Under the pieces are notes generated by a model. That model worked only from the letters and a program-made list of their open reading frames with translations. It was not told the origin of the DNA and made no database searches. A stretch of DNA of 64,000 bases from Octopus bimaculoides (taxonomy: Eukaryota), in assembly GCF_001194135.2 (NCBI RefSeq), contig NC_068984.1, positions 25,566,355 to 25,630,354 of the forward strand, read 5' to 3'. Positions within the stretch are counted from its first letter, which is position 1. The number at the start of each line of letters is the position of its first letter. Positions 12,513 to 26,645 of this stretch are shown one piece after another. The translations under genes and the position numbers were made by a program.

Positions 12513-13066
12513 ATCGAAATTGAACCAAATTCGACGACTAGCACTCATGCCAACCTTCCTTCATTGGACACTAAACTCAGTTTGCGAAAACCTGTTGGGG
12601 CAAGTGAGATAGAAACTGAACCAAATTTGATGACTGGCACCCGTGCCAGTGGAGCGCTAACAGCACCATCCGAGTGGGATCACTGTCAGAGCAGCGGTCT
12701 CGCTTCTGTGCCGGTAGCACGTAAAAAGCACCATTTGAGCACGGTCTTTTCCACCTTCGACTTACTGGCACTTGTGCCAGTGACATGTGAACAAAACATT
12801 GAACTGACTCCTGTGCAGGTGGTATGTAAAAAACACCATTTGAGCGTGGCCGTTGTCTGTACCGCCGGACTGGCTCTCATACCGGTGGCACGTAAAAAGC
12901 ACCCACTACACTCTTGGAGCGGTTGGCGTTAGGAAGGGCATTCAGCTGTAGGAACTCTGCCAGATCAGATTGGAGTCTGGTTTAGCCATCTGGTTCGTCA
13001 GTCCCCAGTCAAACCATCCAACCCATGCTAGCATGGAAAGCAGACGTTAAACGATGATGATGATGA
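12513..13066 (+). mobile_element. RTE-type 3'UTR/tail copy
   Basis: Colinear with 5740-6230; (GAT)n tail; source of spurious ORF 12480-12932. Confidence 0.8.
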
Positions 13067-15000
13067 TTTGACTCATCAACATTAAAATTCATGGCTAGAT
13101 ATCATCAGAGCTGATAGAAAGGGCAACTAATTTCACTAAACTTTATAAGTTTTTATCATATGAAATATTGACGTTTTCTTAAGAAACTACTCTAATTAAA
13201 AGTAGAATTGTCTTTAATTGCCTGTAATATTGGTTTCAAATTTTGACACAAGGCCAGCAAGTTCAGGGGTGTGGGGTAAGTCAATTACATCAACCCCAGT
13301 GCTCTAGAAGTACTTATTTTATCAACCCCAAAAGGATGAAAGGTAGAATTGATCCTATTACTTATCTGATACTTATTCTATAGTTCCCTTTTGCTGAAAT
13401 TGCTNNNNNNNNNNNNNNNNNNNNNNNNNNNNNNNNNNNNNNNNNNNNNNNNNNNNNNNNNNNNNNNNNNNNNNNNNNNNNNNNNNNNNNNNNNNNNNNN
13501 NNNNNNNNNNNNNNNNNNNNNNNNNNNNNNNNNNNNNNNNNNNNNNNNNNNNNNNNNNNNNNNNNNNNNNNNNNNNNNNNNNNNNNNNNNNNNNNNNNNN
13601 NNNNNNNNNNNNNNNNNNNNNNNNNNNNNNNNNNNNNNNNNNNNNNNNNNNNNNNNNNNNNNNNNNNNNNNNNNNNNNNNNNNNNNNNNNNNNNNNNNNN
13701 NNNNNNNNNNNNNNNNNNNNNNNNNNNNNNNNNNNNNNNNNNNNNNNNNNNNNNNNNNNNNNNNNNNNNNNNNNNNNNNNNNNNNNNNNNNNNNNNNNNN
13801 NNNNNNNNNNNNNNNNNNNNNNNNNNNNNNNNNNNNNNNNNNNNNNNNNNNNNNNNNNNNNNNNNNNNNNNNNNNNNNNNNNNNNNNNNNNNNNNNNNNN
13901 NNNNNNNNNNNNNNNNNNNNNNNNNNNNNNNNNNNNNNNNNNNNNNNNNNNTATATATATATATATATATATATATATCTTTACACAACTCTGGTCAAGA
14001 AAGCTCTTTACTTTATTGCCAACTGCCACCAGTACAGATTTTCTCAGACACCTTGAAAACACGAAAAGATTTAAAATCAAAGTTATAGGCATCAAAACCA
14101 TTAGTGAATTGTCTCATCTACAAATGTGTTCTGACTAAGTAACCACTCCATCTTAAAGCTATTATGTTTGACTATATGATCTACTAGAGATAAATCTATT
14201 CCAAGTACTAATGTATATGAATGTGCTGCATATGGTTCTGTGTTCCAAATTTATTCCATGCCTCATTCGTGTGTGTGTGTGTGCGTGCATGTGTGTGTGT
14301 GAGAGAGAGAGTATGTGCATGTGTGTGTGTGTGTGTGTGTTTTTTTTTTATAAAAATGTAAAGATAGAAATCTATGTACATGTTGTTGTTTGTACACATG
14401 GCTGTACCTATGAATATATTCATAGTTTTGAACAAAAGGAAATGGAATAATTTTATTTCAACAGTTCACAGTATTCCATGTCTTTCTGTGTCTGACCTAC
14501 TTGAAAAAGTATAGTTCACTAAAATTACAAAAAAATAATTGGGTCAGTGAATCAGGACTTATGTTACAAATGCAAGAAATCTGCCAAAAGACTTAAATCT
14601 CTCTAACAGGATTATTTTACTTATTCCCCTCCAAAATACATTTATGTTTACAATGTAAGTTGACAAACAAATTCAAGTGTTTTCCTGCAATAATGATTTG
14701 GTCAAATGACTGTTGACAACCTACTAAAAGAAAGAAAGCATTGTATGCATGATTTTTCTCATTTACTTTCATCTCGTCTAAGCAGTATTCAATCCCATCC
14801 TGGATAAATGTTGGAAACTAATTAATTTCCACCACATCCTTTTCATTCTTATTTAAACATAAGCTGTCCACATTTAAAGTGCTTCTGTATGAGGACAATT
14901 TAAAATTTAGATTAAGTAGTTTTAATCAAAATAATGAAAAGTTTTGACTAAGGCTAAATTTGAAATATATTAATATTGAAATACTGAAATTAAAATTATT

Positions 15001-15216
15001 CTTTCCACTAAAGGCACAAGGCCAGAAATTTCAGGGAAGGGAGTTAGTTGATGACATCAACCCCAGTACTCAACTGCTACTTTTTTGTCGACCCCGAAAG
15101 GACAAAAAGGCAAAGGTGACCTTGGCAGTAATTGACTTCAAAATATAAAGAACTGGAAGAAATGCCGTGAAGTATTTTGTCCAGCATTCTAATGATTCTG
15201 TCAGCTCACCACCGTT
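15001..15216 (-). mobile_element. SINE family D
   Basis: Colinear with 1477-1685. Confidence 0.7.
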
Positions 15217-16026
15217 ACCTAATTTACAATAATTTAAAATAATACAAATATCACTGCATTTACTTAAATAAAGGTAGAACTGGAAGAGTTTGCACACAAC
15301 TATGTTAAACCTAAGTTAAGGATTAGAGAAAGAAACCTAGTTGTTTCTTGCAATAAATACAAGTAAAAAAATTTTCATGGACACTTAAAATATTATTATG
15401 GACTCCCCCAACTTACTACTTTGCTTGCATGGACTGCTCAAAAAATCTGATAGGGACTCCCATATATCGACCCCTGTTGAGAACCACTAATCTAAGTCAT
15501 TCTATATCATATCGTTACAATGAATTTGATGTTAGAACAGATATGCTATCAATTAGCATTACAACATATAAGCTCTCAACATATCTCTTCTCCACAGCAA
15601 AGCAACGTTCTCATAGCCAACAAAGGAACCTTTATATAGTTATCCCATCTGCAAAAAATTACTCCCAACCACTCAAAAAAACAAAAAGGCTAAAAAGCAT
15701 ATTCATGAATAATTTAATCCTAAAATAATGCCAAAAAAAGAAGTTATGGTCACAACTTGGCTGGAATGTCAAAGGAAAGCTAACAGAGAACACAACATGC
15801 ATATCAACACAGTTAAAAATTTTCCTTTAAATTCAGTTCTGTATCAAACAGAAAATATAAGTATCATTTTCAAAAGATATGAATGTCTCTTTTCATAATA
15901 CATACACAACTAGCACACATACAGACAACAAAGAAATGAAAATTCACTAAAGCATAACCTGGATCATAACAAAACATGACACAAAAAAACCTAAGCAGTT
16001 CCATTATATTCAACAAATTTCACACA

Positions 16027-16068
<42 letters not shown>

Positions 16069-16512
16069 TAGACATAACAAAAACACCCCATATACTAAAC
16101 TCAGGCGCACACCAGACACAACACCCAGAAACAACAACAACAAAAAATTTAACTATAACAAAAAGGTTCACACTCAAAACAAAATACAGCATTGAAGTTG
16201 GGAAAGAGTCTCTACATGGTTGCACAGTATGCAAGAAATAGCAGCCAAATAGCCTCTAAACATGATTTCAAATTTTGGCACAAGGCCAGCAATTTCGAGG
16301 GTTGAGGTAAGTTGATTATATATCAACCTACCAACCCCAGTACTCAACTGGTACTTATTTTATTGACTCCGAAGACACAGTAACACAAAAGACATTAACA
16401 TAATAAATATATGCATGGGTACAGGTATGGCTGTATGGTTGTCCCTGATTCTGTCTTTTCATCAAGTACTAGAAAAGCATGACGAAATCCCCAAGTTCAA
16501 AACACCCTAGAA

Positions 16513-17022
16513 CAGTGGTTCTCTACCATTCTTTTCCCTATGGGCCCCTTTGATTCCTATTTTACTTGGATGGACCCTCATAACCATTCTGTGTTTAACC
16601 CTTAAGCATTCAGATTACTCAGTCAAATGCAATGCTTATATATTCACACTGTTTTCAATTAATCCGATATCGTGTAGCTTTGAGATTTCAATGATGTATA
16701 CTTTTAGAATGATATTGTTGGATAGGTGTGAAAGGCCAGATCAAGTTGGTTTGAATGCAAAACATGTATAATATTTGGGCCGGATATGGTTGGTTTAAAT
16801 GCTAAAGGGTTAAAAAATCCTATAGTATTTTTATATAATTAAATATTATTAGAAATTGTATTAAAAAATTGTTGAAATGTTTTATTTGTTGTAGAAGTAT
16901 AACCAATTTATTGCACATAAACTTTAACCACAAGATCTTATAAGGACCCACATGTGTCATATGAACCCTCAAGTGCCATACAGAGCTGCAAGGGTCATAT
17001 GGACCCTGGATGAGAACCACTG
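16513..17022. mobile_element. hAT-like MITE containing a nested TTAA MITE
   Basis: Ends CAGTGGTTCTC / GAGAACCACTG; putative 8-bp TSD degraded (CCCTAGAA vs TTGCAGAA). Confidence 0.65.
16599..16809. mobile_element. piggyBac-like MITE (TTAA TSD)
   Basis: TTAA-CCCTTAAGCATT ... AATGCTAAAGGG-TTAA, 11/12 TIR match. Confidence 0.75.
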
Positions 17023-17378
17023 TTGCAGAACCTGAAGAAATCACAACACTAACAAATAAAGATTTTCAACTTTTCATATCAAAATTGTCAAATCCTCTGA
17101 ATTTAAAAACTAGACAGAAAAAGTACCAAAACCTGACAAAGGCAACATCACACCCAAACACCTTTTTATTTGCACCTAAAACTGTGTAAAAACTTAATCT
17201 TGACATTAACAGTCCACTACATTCAACCATTACTTCCGTACCTCTTACAAATAATACATAACAGCTTCAATTCAAACTACCTGTTTTGTTTTTAAACCCC
17301 GTTCCCTGCCTAACAACTCAAATAGAATACTAACAAAAGCAAAAAAAAAACTGGTACTCTGATGGTTATGATGATAAG

Positions 17379-17665
17379 TGTTCCAGTTGATCCAATCAAT
17401 GGAACAACCGCCTTGTGAAATTAACATGCAGGTGCCTGAGCACTCTACAGACACGTATACCCTTAACAGAGAGATTCAGCATGACAAAGAATGTAACGAG
17501 GCTGGCCTTTTGAAATACAAATACTACTCATTTTTGCCAACTGAGTACAACTGGAGCAGTGTGAAATTAAGTGTCTTGCTCAAGGGCACAACGCACCACC
17601 TGGTATCAAACTCATGACCTTAAAATCATGAGCCGAATACCCTAACCACTAAGCCACATACCTTC
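17379..17665 (-). mobile_element. CORE-like SINE sharing its 3' tail with family A
   Basis: Tail matches 3290-3385; head and CTTGAGCAAGACACTT..TTCACA.TGCTCCAG central block match 34788 and 43080 copies. Confidence 0.7.
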
Positions 17666-17697
17666 ATAAATAAAATACTAAAAATTTTAATGAACAA

Positions 17698-18100
17698 CAG
17701 GAGTGGCTGTGTAGTAAGTAGCTTGCTTACCAACCACATGGTCCCAGGTTCAGTCCCACTGCATGGCACCTTGGGCAAGTGTCTTCTACTATAGCCTTGG
17801 GCCGACCAAAGCCTTGTGAGTGGATTTGGTAGACGGAAACTGAAAGAAGCCCGTCGTATATGTATATATGTATGTATGTATGTATGTGTTTGTGTGTCTG
17901 TTTGTCCCCCCAGCATCACTTGACAACCAATGGTGGTGTGTTTACGTCCCCATAACTTAGCAGTTCGGCAAAAGAGAATGATAGAATAAGTACTAGGCTT
18001 ACAAACAATAAGCTCTGGGGTTGATTTGCTCGACTATAAATGCGGTGCTCCAGCATGGCCGCAGTCAAGTGACTGAAACAAGTAAATGAGTGAGAGAGTA
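17698..18100 (+). mobile_element. SINE family B, near full length
   Basis: Head GAGTGGCTGTG.GGTAAG...GGTTCAGTCCCACTGC, internal (TA/TG) microsatellite, tail TGACTGAAACAAGTAAA. Confidence 0.9.
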
Positions 18101-18648
18101 ACACAAAATACTGGTTGGCAACTACTTCTTGGGCCTCCAAGAGTACACGGAATTCAATAACAAAAATATCTAGAACCTGTAGTCTCTCAAAAACTGTACA
18201 AGAATCTATTTTCTCAGCGACTCTTTTTAACTAACACTTATCTAACCTTCTCACAACCCACTCGGTAGAGCCGAGTAGACAGTTACTGTTCCTGACCTTT
18301 CTTCAAATACAGCTGCACAACTTCAACAACCACCTGCGCAACACACCATCAAACAGACGAAAAGTAGCACTTTTCAAATTTACCATCTTCCTTCAAACCA
18401 ACAAGAAGTTGCTACATCTGTGAGAAATAGTAACCAAAATATCTTCAATTCATACACTAGTGTCTTTAAACAGCTAACAACACGTTGGATTATGTGATCC
18501 TAGAAATATAATGACTAAAAAATAGCAGTGTGATCAATGGTGGAAACTCTTTATTCATAGGTTTCATCAATTAGGGTTGAAATAAAGTTAAAATACAACA
18601 ACCATTGCACTTTTTACTATCTAAACCCAAAACAACAAATTGAATTTT

Positions 18649-18879
18649 CGGATCTAGTTCAAAACGGGGGCACCAGTATTTTCTTAACGAAACACTTTGA
18701 AATTTGGGACACTGGTAGAATGTGTCATATAAAACATCTTTTTCTCTTAGTCTTCTTAACAAAAAAATGTACATCGCAAGTTATTTCATGTTAAAGTTGT
18801 ATTTCTGTAATTTCAACCAATGACTGACGTCCATTCAGTCAAATACATTAAGTGCTGACTACGTAAACAAACGATTCTG
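18649..18879. mobile_element. Partial relative of the 7606-8171 MITE
   Basis: Reverse-complement similarity to 7935-8171. Confidence 0.7.
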
Positions 18880-19541
18880 GCGGTGATAAAATTATTATTT
18901 CCTTGTCAAAAAATGGCTGAAGCATATTGGCAGTATCTAATAAACCTTTCTATTATAGGCACNNNNNNNNNNNNNNNNNNNNNNNNNNNNNNNNNNNNNN
19001 NNNNNNNNNNNNNNNNNNNNNNNNNNNNNNNNNNNNNNNNNNNNNNNNNNNNNNNNNNNNNNNNNNNNNNNNNNNNNNNNNNNNNNNNNNNNNNNNNNNN
19101 NNNNNNNNNNNNNNNNNNNNNNNNNNNNNNNNNNNNNNNNNNNNNNNNNNNNNNNNNNNNNNNNNNNNNNNNNNNNNNNNNNNNNNNNNNNNNNNNNNNN
19201 NNNNNNNNNNNNNNNNNNNNNNNNNNNNNNNNNNNNNNNNNNNNNNNNNNNNNNNNNNNNNNNNNNNNNNNNNNNNNNNNNNNNNNNNNNNNNNNNNNNN
19301 NNNNNNNNNNNNNNNNNNNNNNNNNNNNNNNNNNNNNNNNNNNNNNNNNNNNNNNNNNNNNNNNNNNNNNNNNNNNNNNNNNNNNNNNNNNNNNNNNNNN
19401 NNNNNNNNNNNNNNNNNNNNNNNNNNNNNNNNNNNNNNNNNNNNNNNNNNNNNNNNNNNNNNNNNNNNNNNNNNNNNNNNNNNNNNNNNNNNNNNNNNNN
19501 NNNNNNNNNNNNNNNNNNNNNNNNNNNNNNNNNNNNNNNNN

Positions 19542-19595
19542 NCGTAAACACACTAGCGATGTTGGGGGGACAAACACAGACACACAAACACACAA

Positions 19596-19634
<39 letters not shown>

Positions 19635-19796
19635 CATATATACGATGGGCTTCTTTCAGTTTCCGTCTACCAAATCCACTCACAAGGCTTTCGGCGGCCC
19701 AAGGCGATAGTTGAAGACACTTGCCCAAGGTGCCACGCAGTGGGTCTGAACCCGGAACCATGTGGTTCATAAGCAAGCTACTTACCACACAGCCAC
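19542..19796 (-). mobile_element. SINE family B, gap-truncated
   Basis: Colinear with 23130-23395. Confidence 0.85.
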
Positions 19797-20119
19797 CTTT
19801 TGTTTCATTTTCTAGGGAAATTTCAAATGAGAATCTTTTACTTATATCATTCAGTATATTACCCCTTAATTTATTCCCTAAGCTTGTATTATTTTGAATT
19901 ATCAAAAGAACAACTGGAACTATCCCTCAATCGAAGATCTAAAAACTATGAAGACAAGACTTATGAATTACTCACAGCTCAACAATATTCATAGCACATA
20001 AAAAACAAAATAAAGGGAAATAAAATGACAAACAAACATACAAAGAACATTCAAACAACAACTTTAATACAGAAACTAAGCTTCACCTTGGCTCATCATA
20101 AATCATGCAAGTTCTACCT

Positions 20120-20800
20120 GCATCTTTCATCTTTCACATGTTTCAGTTTTTGGACTGTGGCCACGTTGGGGCATCACCTTGAAGGGTTTAGTCAAACAAA
20201 TCAACCCCAGTACATTTTATTTTTAAAGTTTAGTACTTGTTCTATCAGACACTTTTGCTGAACCACTAAGTTATGGGGCTGTAAACAAACCAACACCAGT
20301 TGTCAAGTGGTGGTGGAAAACAAACACAAATATCTCTCTCAGACACACACACACACAACAGCTCTCCTCACAGTTTCCTATTTCTTTATTGCCCACAAGG
20401 GGCTAAACATAGAGGGGACAAACAAGGACAGACAAAGGGATTAAGTCGATTACATCGACCACTAGTGCGTAACTGGTACTTAATTTATCGACCCCGAAAG
20501 GATGAAAGACAAAGTTGACCTCGGCGGAATTTGAACTCAGAACGTAAAAACAGACGAAATACCGCTAAGCATTTCGCCCGGCATGCTAACGTTTCTGCCA
20601 AATCGCGACCTTTTAGTTTCCATCTACCAATTTCTCACAGTTTCCATCTACCAATTTCTCACAGTTTCCATCTACCAATTTCACTCACAAGACATTGGTC
20701 AGTCCGAGGCTATAGTAGAAGACACTTGCCCAAGATGCCATACAGTGAGACTGAACTCAAAATCCACAGGGTTGCAAAGCAAGCTTTTTAACTACACAGA
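20120..20800 (-). mobile_element. Old SINE family B interrupted by a family D SINE (about 20380-20610)
   Basis: Family B body resumes at 20611 with a 24-bp unit AGTTTCCATCTACCAATTTCTCAC repeated three times. Confidence 0.65.
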
Positions 20801-22253
20801 CTACACAAAGAGCACCATATAGTGCACATTGCATCCTCACAAGCCATATATATATACAGACCTTCTCACAACACACTCAGTCTTAAACAACTAAAAGTAC
20901 TTAAAAACAAAACATCATTTAATCATGCATTATGCACAGTTAGTTTCTGCAACAAGCCCCCCTACTAACACAATCCCCACCAAATTCTCAAATACCCAGA
21001 CACATTAACAGCACTCCTAGAAAGTATCAAAATACCATCTTAAAGAACACAGTCAATCTAAACAAACACAAAAAGTACTTCTGACACAAAAATAGCTGTT
21101 ACAGCACAGTAATATCCATAAACACTAGGCTATGATGCATATAAGTAGAGAGAAGAGCAACAACTGTGAACAGCAACAGTTGTGATCCAACCAAGCCACT
21201 CTCAGTAGCAACCATTGAAACCACCAGCAGAAGATGTGCAAAGATGAAATGACAGGGCTTCTACATGGTCACTCAAATTGCTAGAAATAGCAGCCAAATC
21301 TTCCTCAAGTCATATCCTACCATCTTAAACAAGCGAAGAACACAGTAGATAACGTATCCTATAATAGCTCCAAATGAAGATAGAATGATTACAGCTGGAA
21401 TACTTATGGCCGTAAGTCTGCTCAATCTGGGATGAGACAATAACTCAAAATAAGAACTAATTTGGACTTTGACAACCCATCCAGCCAATACAAAGTAGAC
21501 ATAAAAAAAAGATAATGATGGCAACAATAGTATGTGAATGTGTGTGCATTTAGGCTTGCAATGAGAAACAAAAAGGACTCATTACATATAGTAATGTTTT
21601 TTTTTCATTTTTCAAGATAGAAGTTTCTGTCAATTTATTGCTTGAAGCTTCAACTCCAAGAGGGAGAGAAGGGGAGTGAGTGAGTGAGTCAGAGAAAGAT
21701 AGGCACAGAGAGAGGGGGGGGGGAGCTGAAAACACTTTAAAACTTCAAGTTTTGTGTATAACACTTGAAATTATGTTTGTACATGCTTTATATAAGTGAA
21801 TCTGGTCTTCCCAATCAGGAAGTAAGTAATCTCGGTGCCTAACTAAATAGGTTATGTTCTTGTCCAATCACAAAACACAACTGAGATAATCCAGAACCTG
21901 TAAAACTTGCAGTCACCATTTTATGTAAAAACAAACAAAAAAACAAAAAAATTGCCTACAACTATATTTTCTCACGTCTGAATAGGAGAATAGGGAAGAT
22001 TTACTGAGACACATTTTAAAGTTATGCAGGTATGGCTGTGTAGTAAGAAGTTTGCTTCTCAACCATATGGTTCCAGGTTCAGTTCCTCTGTGTAGCACCT
22101 TGTGGCTGGATTTGGAAAACGGAAACTGAAAGAAGCCCATTGAGTATCTATATTTCTTTTATGTTTTACTTCTTGTTTCAGTCACTAGACTCCAGTTACA
22201 CACACACACATACTTTATACATACATGACAAGCTTCTTTCAGTTTCCGTTTAA

Positions 22254-22461
22254 CCCTTTCGTTACCAACCCGGCTGGCTCTGAGTACAAATGTCTTGTTT
22301 TCACAAGTTTTGAATTAAAATCTTCCACCAAACCTTAGTCACAATTTATGTTCTTAACACCAATTGAATGATAACTAAGTTATTTTACTAAATTCTTTGT
22401 TATATTTAAAGTAATTGAAAGAAACACAGAGCATCTCAAAATAAATACAGTAACGAAAGGG
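22254..22461. mobile_element. piggyBac-like MITE (TTAA TSD) inserted in a SINE B copy
   Basis: TTAA 22250-22253 and 22462-22465; perfect 12-bp TIR CCCTTTCGTTAC; removing it restores TTTCCGTTTAACAAATCCACTC, matching the SINE motif TTTCCGTCTACCAAATCCACTC. Confidence 0.85.
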
Positions 22462-22972
22462 TTAACAAATCCACTCATAAGACTTTAGTCAGCCTGGAGT
22501 TATAGTAGATGACACTTGCCCATGGTACCATACAGTGGGACTGAAGCAAATGGTTGGGAAGCAAACTTGGCAGTTTGGCAAAAGCAACTGACGTTAAATA
22601 AGTACCAGACTTTAGAAAAAATAAGTACTGGGGTAAATTCATTCAACTAAACCCCTAGCATGATCACAGCCCAATGACTGAAACAAGTAAAATATAAAAG
22701 ATTCCACCAATAATTCAGTTTCTGTGATCAGAATAAGTTAAATAAACATAGTTGAAAATTCTATTTCTCTCATAAAATACAGCAGATTTTGTAACGACAG
22801 CTAATTAAAGTATCTTAGCAACAAAGTAATTAGATTAAGGAGAGAATATTTGCAAATAGGTAAAATGAGACAATAATTTAACTTTATTTCAAAGACTGTT
22901 CAGCTAAGCATATTTTCTTCTATAATGGTTTATGAAGGAAAAAATAATCTTTATCATATTTCGGTTTAGTAT

Positions 22973-23190
22973 ACTCTCTTTTACTCTTTTACTTGTTTCA
23001 GTCTTTTGACTGTGGCCATGCTGGAGCACCGCCTTTAGTCGAGCAATTCAACCCCAGGACTTATTCTTTGGAAGCCTAGTACTTATTCTATTGGTCTCTT
23101 TTGCCGAACCGCTAAGTTACGGGGACGTAAACACACCAGCATCGGTTGTCAAGCGATGTTGGGGGGACAAACACAGACACACAAACACAT

Positions 23191-23235
<45 letters not shown>

Positions 23236-23401
23236 TACGACGGGCTTCTTTCAGTTTCCGTCTACCAAATCCACTCACAAGGCTTTGGTCGGCCCGAGGC
23301 TATAGTAGAAGACACTTGCCCAAGGTGCCACACAGTGGGACTGAACCTGGAACCATGTGGTTGGTAAGCAAGCTACTTACCACACAGCCACTCCTACGCC
23401 T
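22973..23401 (-). mobile_element. SINE family B, full length
   Basis: Near-identical reverse complement of 53076-53482. Confidence 0.9.
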
Positions 23402-23434
23402 ATTGGAAATTTAGTTGGTTACATAACTATTGTG

Positions 23435-23690
23435 AAGGCACATAGCCCAATGGTTAGTGTTACACTTACAATCTAGCGATTGTGAGTTCATTTCACATTG
23501 CTCCAGTCCACTCAGCTGTAAATGGATAATCCTGCAACAGACTGACCTTCCAATCAGGGTGAATGTTGGCCTGCTTGCTTAGCCAGCAGGATGGCATCAG
23601 CCAAACGCTAAAAATTATGCAAGAGCACATTGTGACCAGCAATATATAATAGCATCTAATAGTCTGGTCAATCATGTGATCACATAACCA
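23435..23690 (+). mobile_element. CORE-like SINE (third tail type)
   Basis: Degenerate tRNA-like head plus TTTCACATTGCTCCAGTCCACTCAGCTGTAAATG block. Confidence 0.55.
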
Positions 23691-25209
23691 TTAGCTAATC
23701 CAGTATTTTCTCTGGTAATGTAAATGAGTTTTGTCCTCTATCTCTGAACCCCACAGTAATCAGTATGCAAGATATTTTCTGCTTCAGAATATTAACTTCC
23801 AACTCATAACATATCCACTTATTTCTCTCAATTATTAATGCTTATCTTTTAATCTTTTATTTGTTTCAGCCATTGGGCTTCAGCCATGCTGGAGCACCAC
23901 CTTGAAGGATTTTAGTCAAACAAATCAGCCACAGTACTTATTTTTATGTCTGGTATGTTATGTTTGTCAAACTAAGTTACAGGGATGTAAACAAATCAAT
24001 ACTGGTTGTAAAAGAGGTGGGAAGAGGAACAGAGAGAGAGAGACAGAAAGACACCCCACCATATATATGGTATTACAAGCTATAGTGTGGTACCATCTCT
24101 ACCTATAGCACAAAAATATCTGGAACGGGTAGTGGGTTAGATAATAACAATACAAAATGAAAGAATGAATATATAGTGTGTGTGTTTATTTGGCAAAAAC
24201 AAAATAAAAAATGACCATCCCAAAATACAGCAATAAAAAATGAAAATATTTATTGAGAAAAAAAAAGTATATACAAGAAATAAAATGTCTGTTAAGTAAT
24301 GTGCAAGTGGTATGACTTTATCCGCTATTAAAATAATTTCTAAGCATGCCCACTAAGCAGTACTCTGTTCAACCATTATATGGCCTTTTTTACCCGCAAT
24401 ATAATTTCTACTTATTATATATAATTATGCTTATAAGTCATATACATTAACCAGATTCTAACATGTTTTTTTTTTTACATAAACACCATCATTACTTCTG
24501 ATATGTAGTTGATACCTTTTCTTTAATCATATGAGATGTATTTGGAAATTTGGAAATCAATAACAGACTTGCAATTTTTCTTCCTTTTTTTTTCTGGGTC
24601 TCAACAACTACAAACTCAACTTATCTTTTATGATAGTAAAAGCAACAGAGAGAAAAAAAATCTGCTGTAGTAAAGCTTTTGGCCATTTATGCAAAGCTGA
24701 CTTGGATTTGTAAATAAAGAATTTTAAAAACACAGTAAACAAACTATTTATATTGTGCATGAGTTTTAAGAATTCAAATCATTATGCAATATTTAAGGAG
24801 AGTAGCTGTTTTATTAGGGCTGGCAAAAGAGTTATTTAGTGGTTTGATCTACTCAGAATAGGAACTAAGTTTTCTTTAACAAACTCCATAACATCTTTAA
24901 AATGGGACTTCATGATATGTTTTAAATTTTAGGACGATATATTCACAATGAAGATAAGATATAGTAAGAACATTTATCGTTATCATCTAATGTTCACTTT
25001 TCCATGCTTGCATGGCTCAAATGGAATTTTTATTGAGACAAATTTTCTACAGTTGGTTGCCTTTCCTGTTGCCAACCTGCACCTATTTCCAAGCATGGAA
25101 ATATTTCCCCATGGCTAAACATGTTTTGTACAGAAGACTGAAAAGAAAAACACATCACTTGTATGATGGTGATGCTCGTTTACAACCATCATGTAATGTC
25201 AAAACAAAG

Positions 25210-25265
<56 letters not shown>

Positions 25266-26035
25266 CCAACCCATACCAGCATGGAAAACAGACACTAAAT
25301 GATGATGATGATGATGATGATATGCACACACTCACAATCACACATGCATATATACATACATACACATACAACAGGCTTCTTCCAGTTTCCATCTATCAAA
25401 TCCACTCACAAGGCTTAGGATGGCTCGTGGCTATTGTAGAAGACACTTGTGCAAGATGCCATACAATGAGTATCTTCTATAGCTCTGTGCTGACCAAACC
25501 CTTGTAAGTGGAGTGGAGTAAAATTTCATATTAGACATGCATTCACCAACCTAGAAATATAATACAGAAAAGTTGATGAGACTAAGGACTGAAATTAGAT
25601 CAAGGAATCGAAAAGCCACTTCATATGTAACTGTTGCTTTTCACAATATCAGTTTTCTGTCACCAAAAAGACTTCTTTTATTTCATTTCAAAGTTTCAGC
25701 TCAGAGCTGCGGCCATGCTGAAAAATAATCAATACAAACTAGTAATTGCATATATATTTAATCATTAATTTAAACATGACTTGAAGTGTTATTAATGGTT
25801 TTGGTTGAACCCTATCATAAGTGTTGAGTAAAAAAAAAAAAAACAGGTGATAACACACACTTAATGCTCAAAAGTAATGTAATTAATTGAAAAAGGGAAT
25901 GATGTAAATGATACTAAAAATAAGGTAGAGATTCTGTCAACAGTAACAATATCAAAAGACAAACACTATTAGATGGGTTATACTTGTGTGTGTCAAATTA
26001 ATTGGAGCAGATTATATTTGCTGTGTGGTTAATCA

Positions 26036-26280
26036 TTATTACCTCTGCCTTCACTAAGGCAGAGGTATTGTTTTCAGTCGCATTTGTTTGTTTATCCATG
26101 GACAAGATATCTCAAGAACTGCTGGATGGATTTGGACGAAACTCTCAAGGATGTTTGGTCTCATGACTGGCACAAACTGATTAGATTTTGGGATCAATCC
26201 AGTACTGAACAAGGATTCTGGATTATTCTGGATTATGACTTCTTTTTCACAAAGATTATTTTATGGAGGGCAGTTCTGCA
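26036..26280 (+). mobile_element. Helentron-associated (HINE/DINE-like) non-autonomous element, 5' part
   Basis: Terminal 10-bp hairpin TACCTCTGCC-8nt-GGCAGAGGTA then TTGTTTTCAGTCGCATTTGTTTGTTT..GATATCTCAAGAACTGCTGGATGGATTTGGACGAAACT, resembling HINE architecture from memory. Confidence 0.5.
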
Positions 26281-26408
26281 ATGATGGAGATGAGAGCAAC
26301 TTGCACCTTTCTGACACTGAACCTGATGCCTCATCTTCTGATGAATTCCATGTCTCCACAACTATTGATTCAATTTTAAAATCATCTCAGAAAGACAAAG
26401 AAATGTGT

Positions 26409-26612
26409 TACTCTCTTTACTTCTTTCAGTCATTTGAATGCAGCCATGCTGGAGCACTGCCTTTAGTCGAGCAAATCGACCCCAGGACTTATTCTTTGGA
26501 AGCCTAGTACTTATTCTATCGGTCTCTTTTGCTGAACTGCTAAGTTACAGGGACGTAAACACACTAGCATCAGTTGTCAAGCAATGTTGGGGGGACAAAC
26601 ACACATACACAA

Positions 26613-26645
<33 letters not shown>

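Noticed and set aside
12480-12932. 150-aa ORF
   Set aside because: Lies in the repetitive RTE-type 3'UTR; no protein motif.
13362-14101. Long ORFs across N runs (also 18883-19905, 31378-32197, 38643-39367, 59539-60435)
   Set aside because: They are open only because N codons are not stops.
21808-21872. Two CCAAT boxes plus GGAAGT as a promoter
   Set aside because: Short motifs, no CpG-rich context or linked exon.
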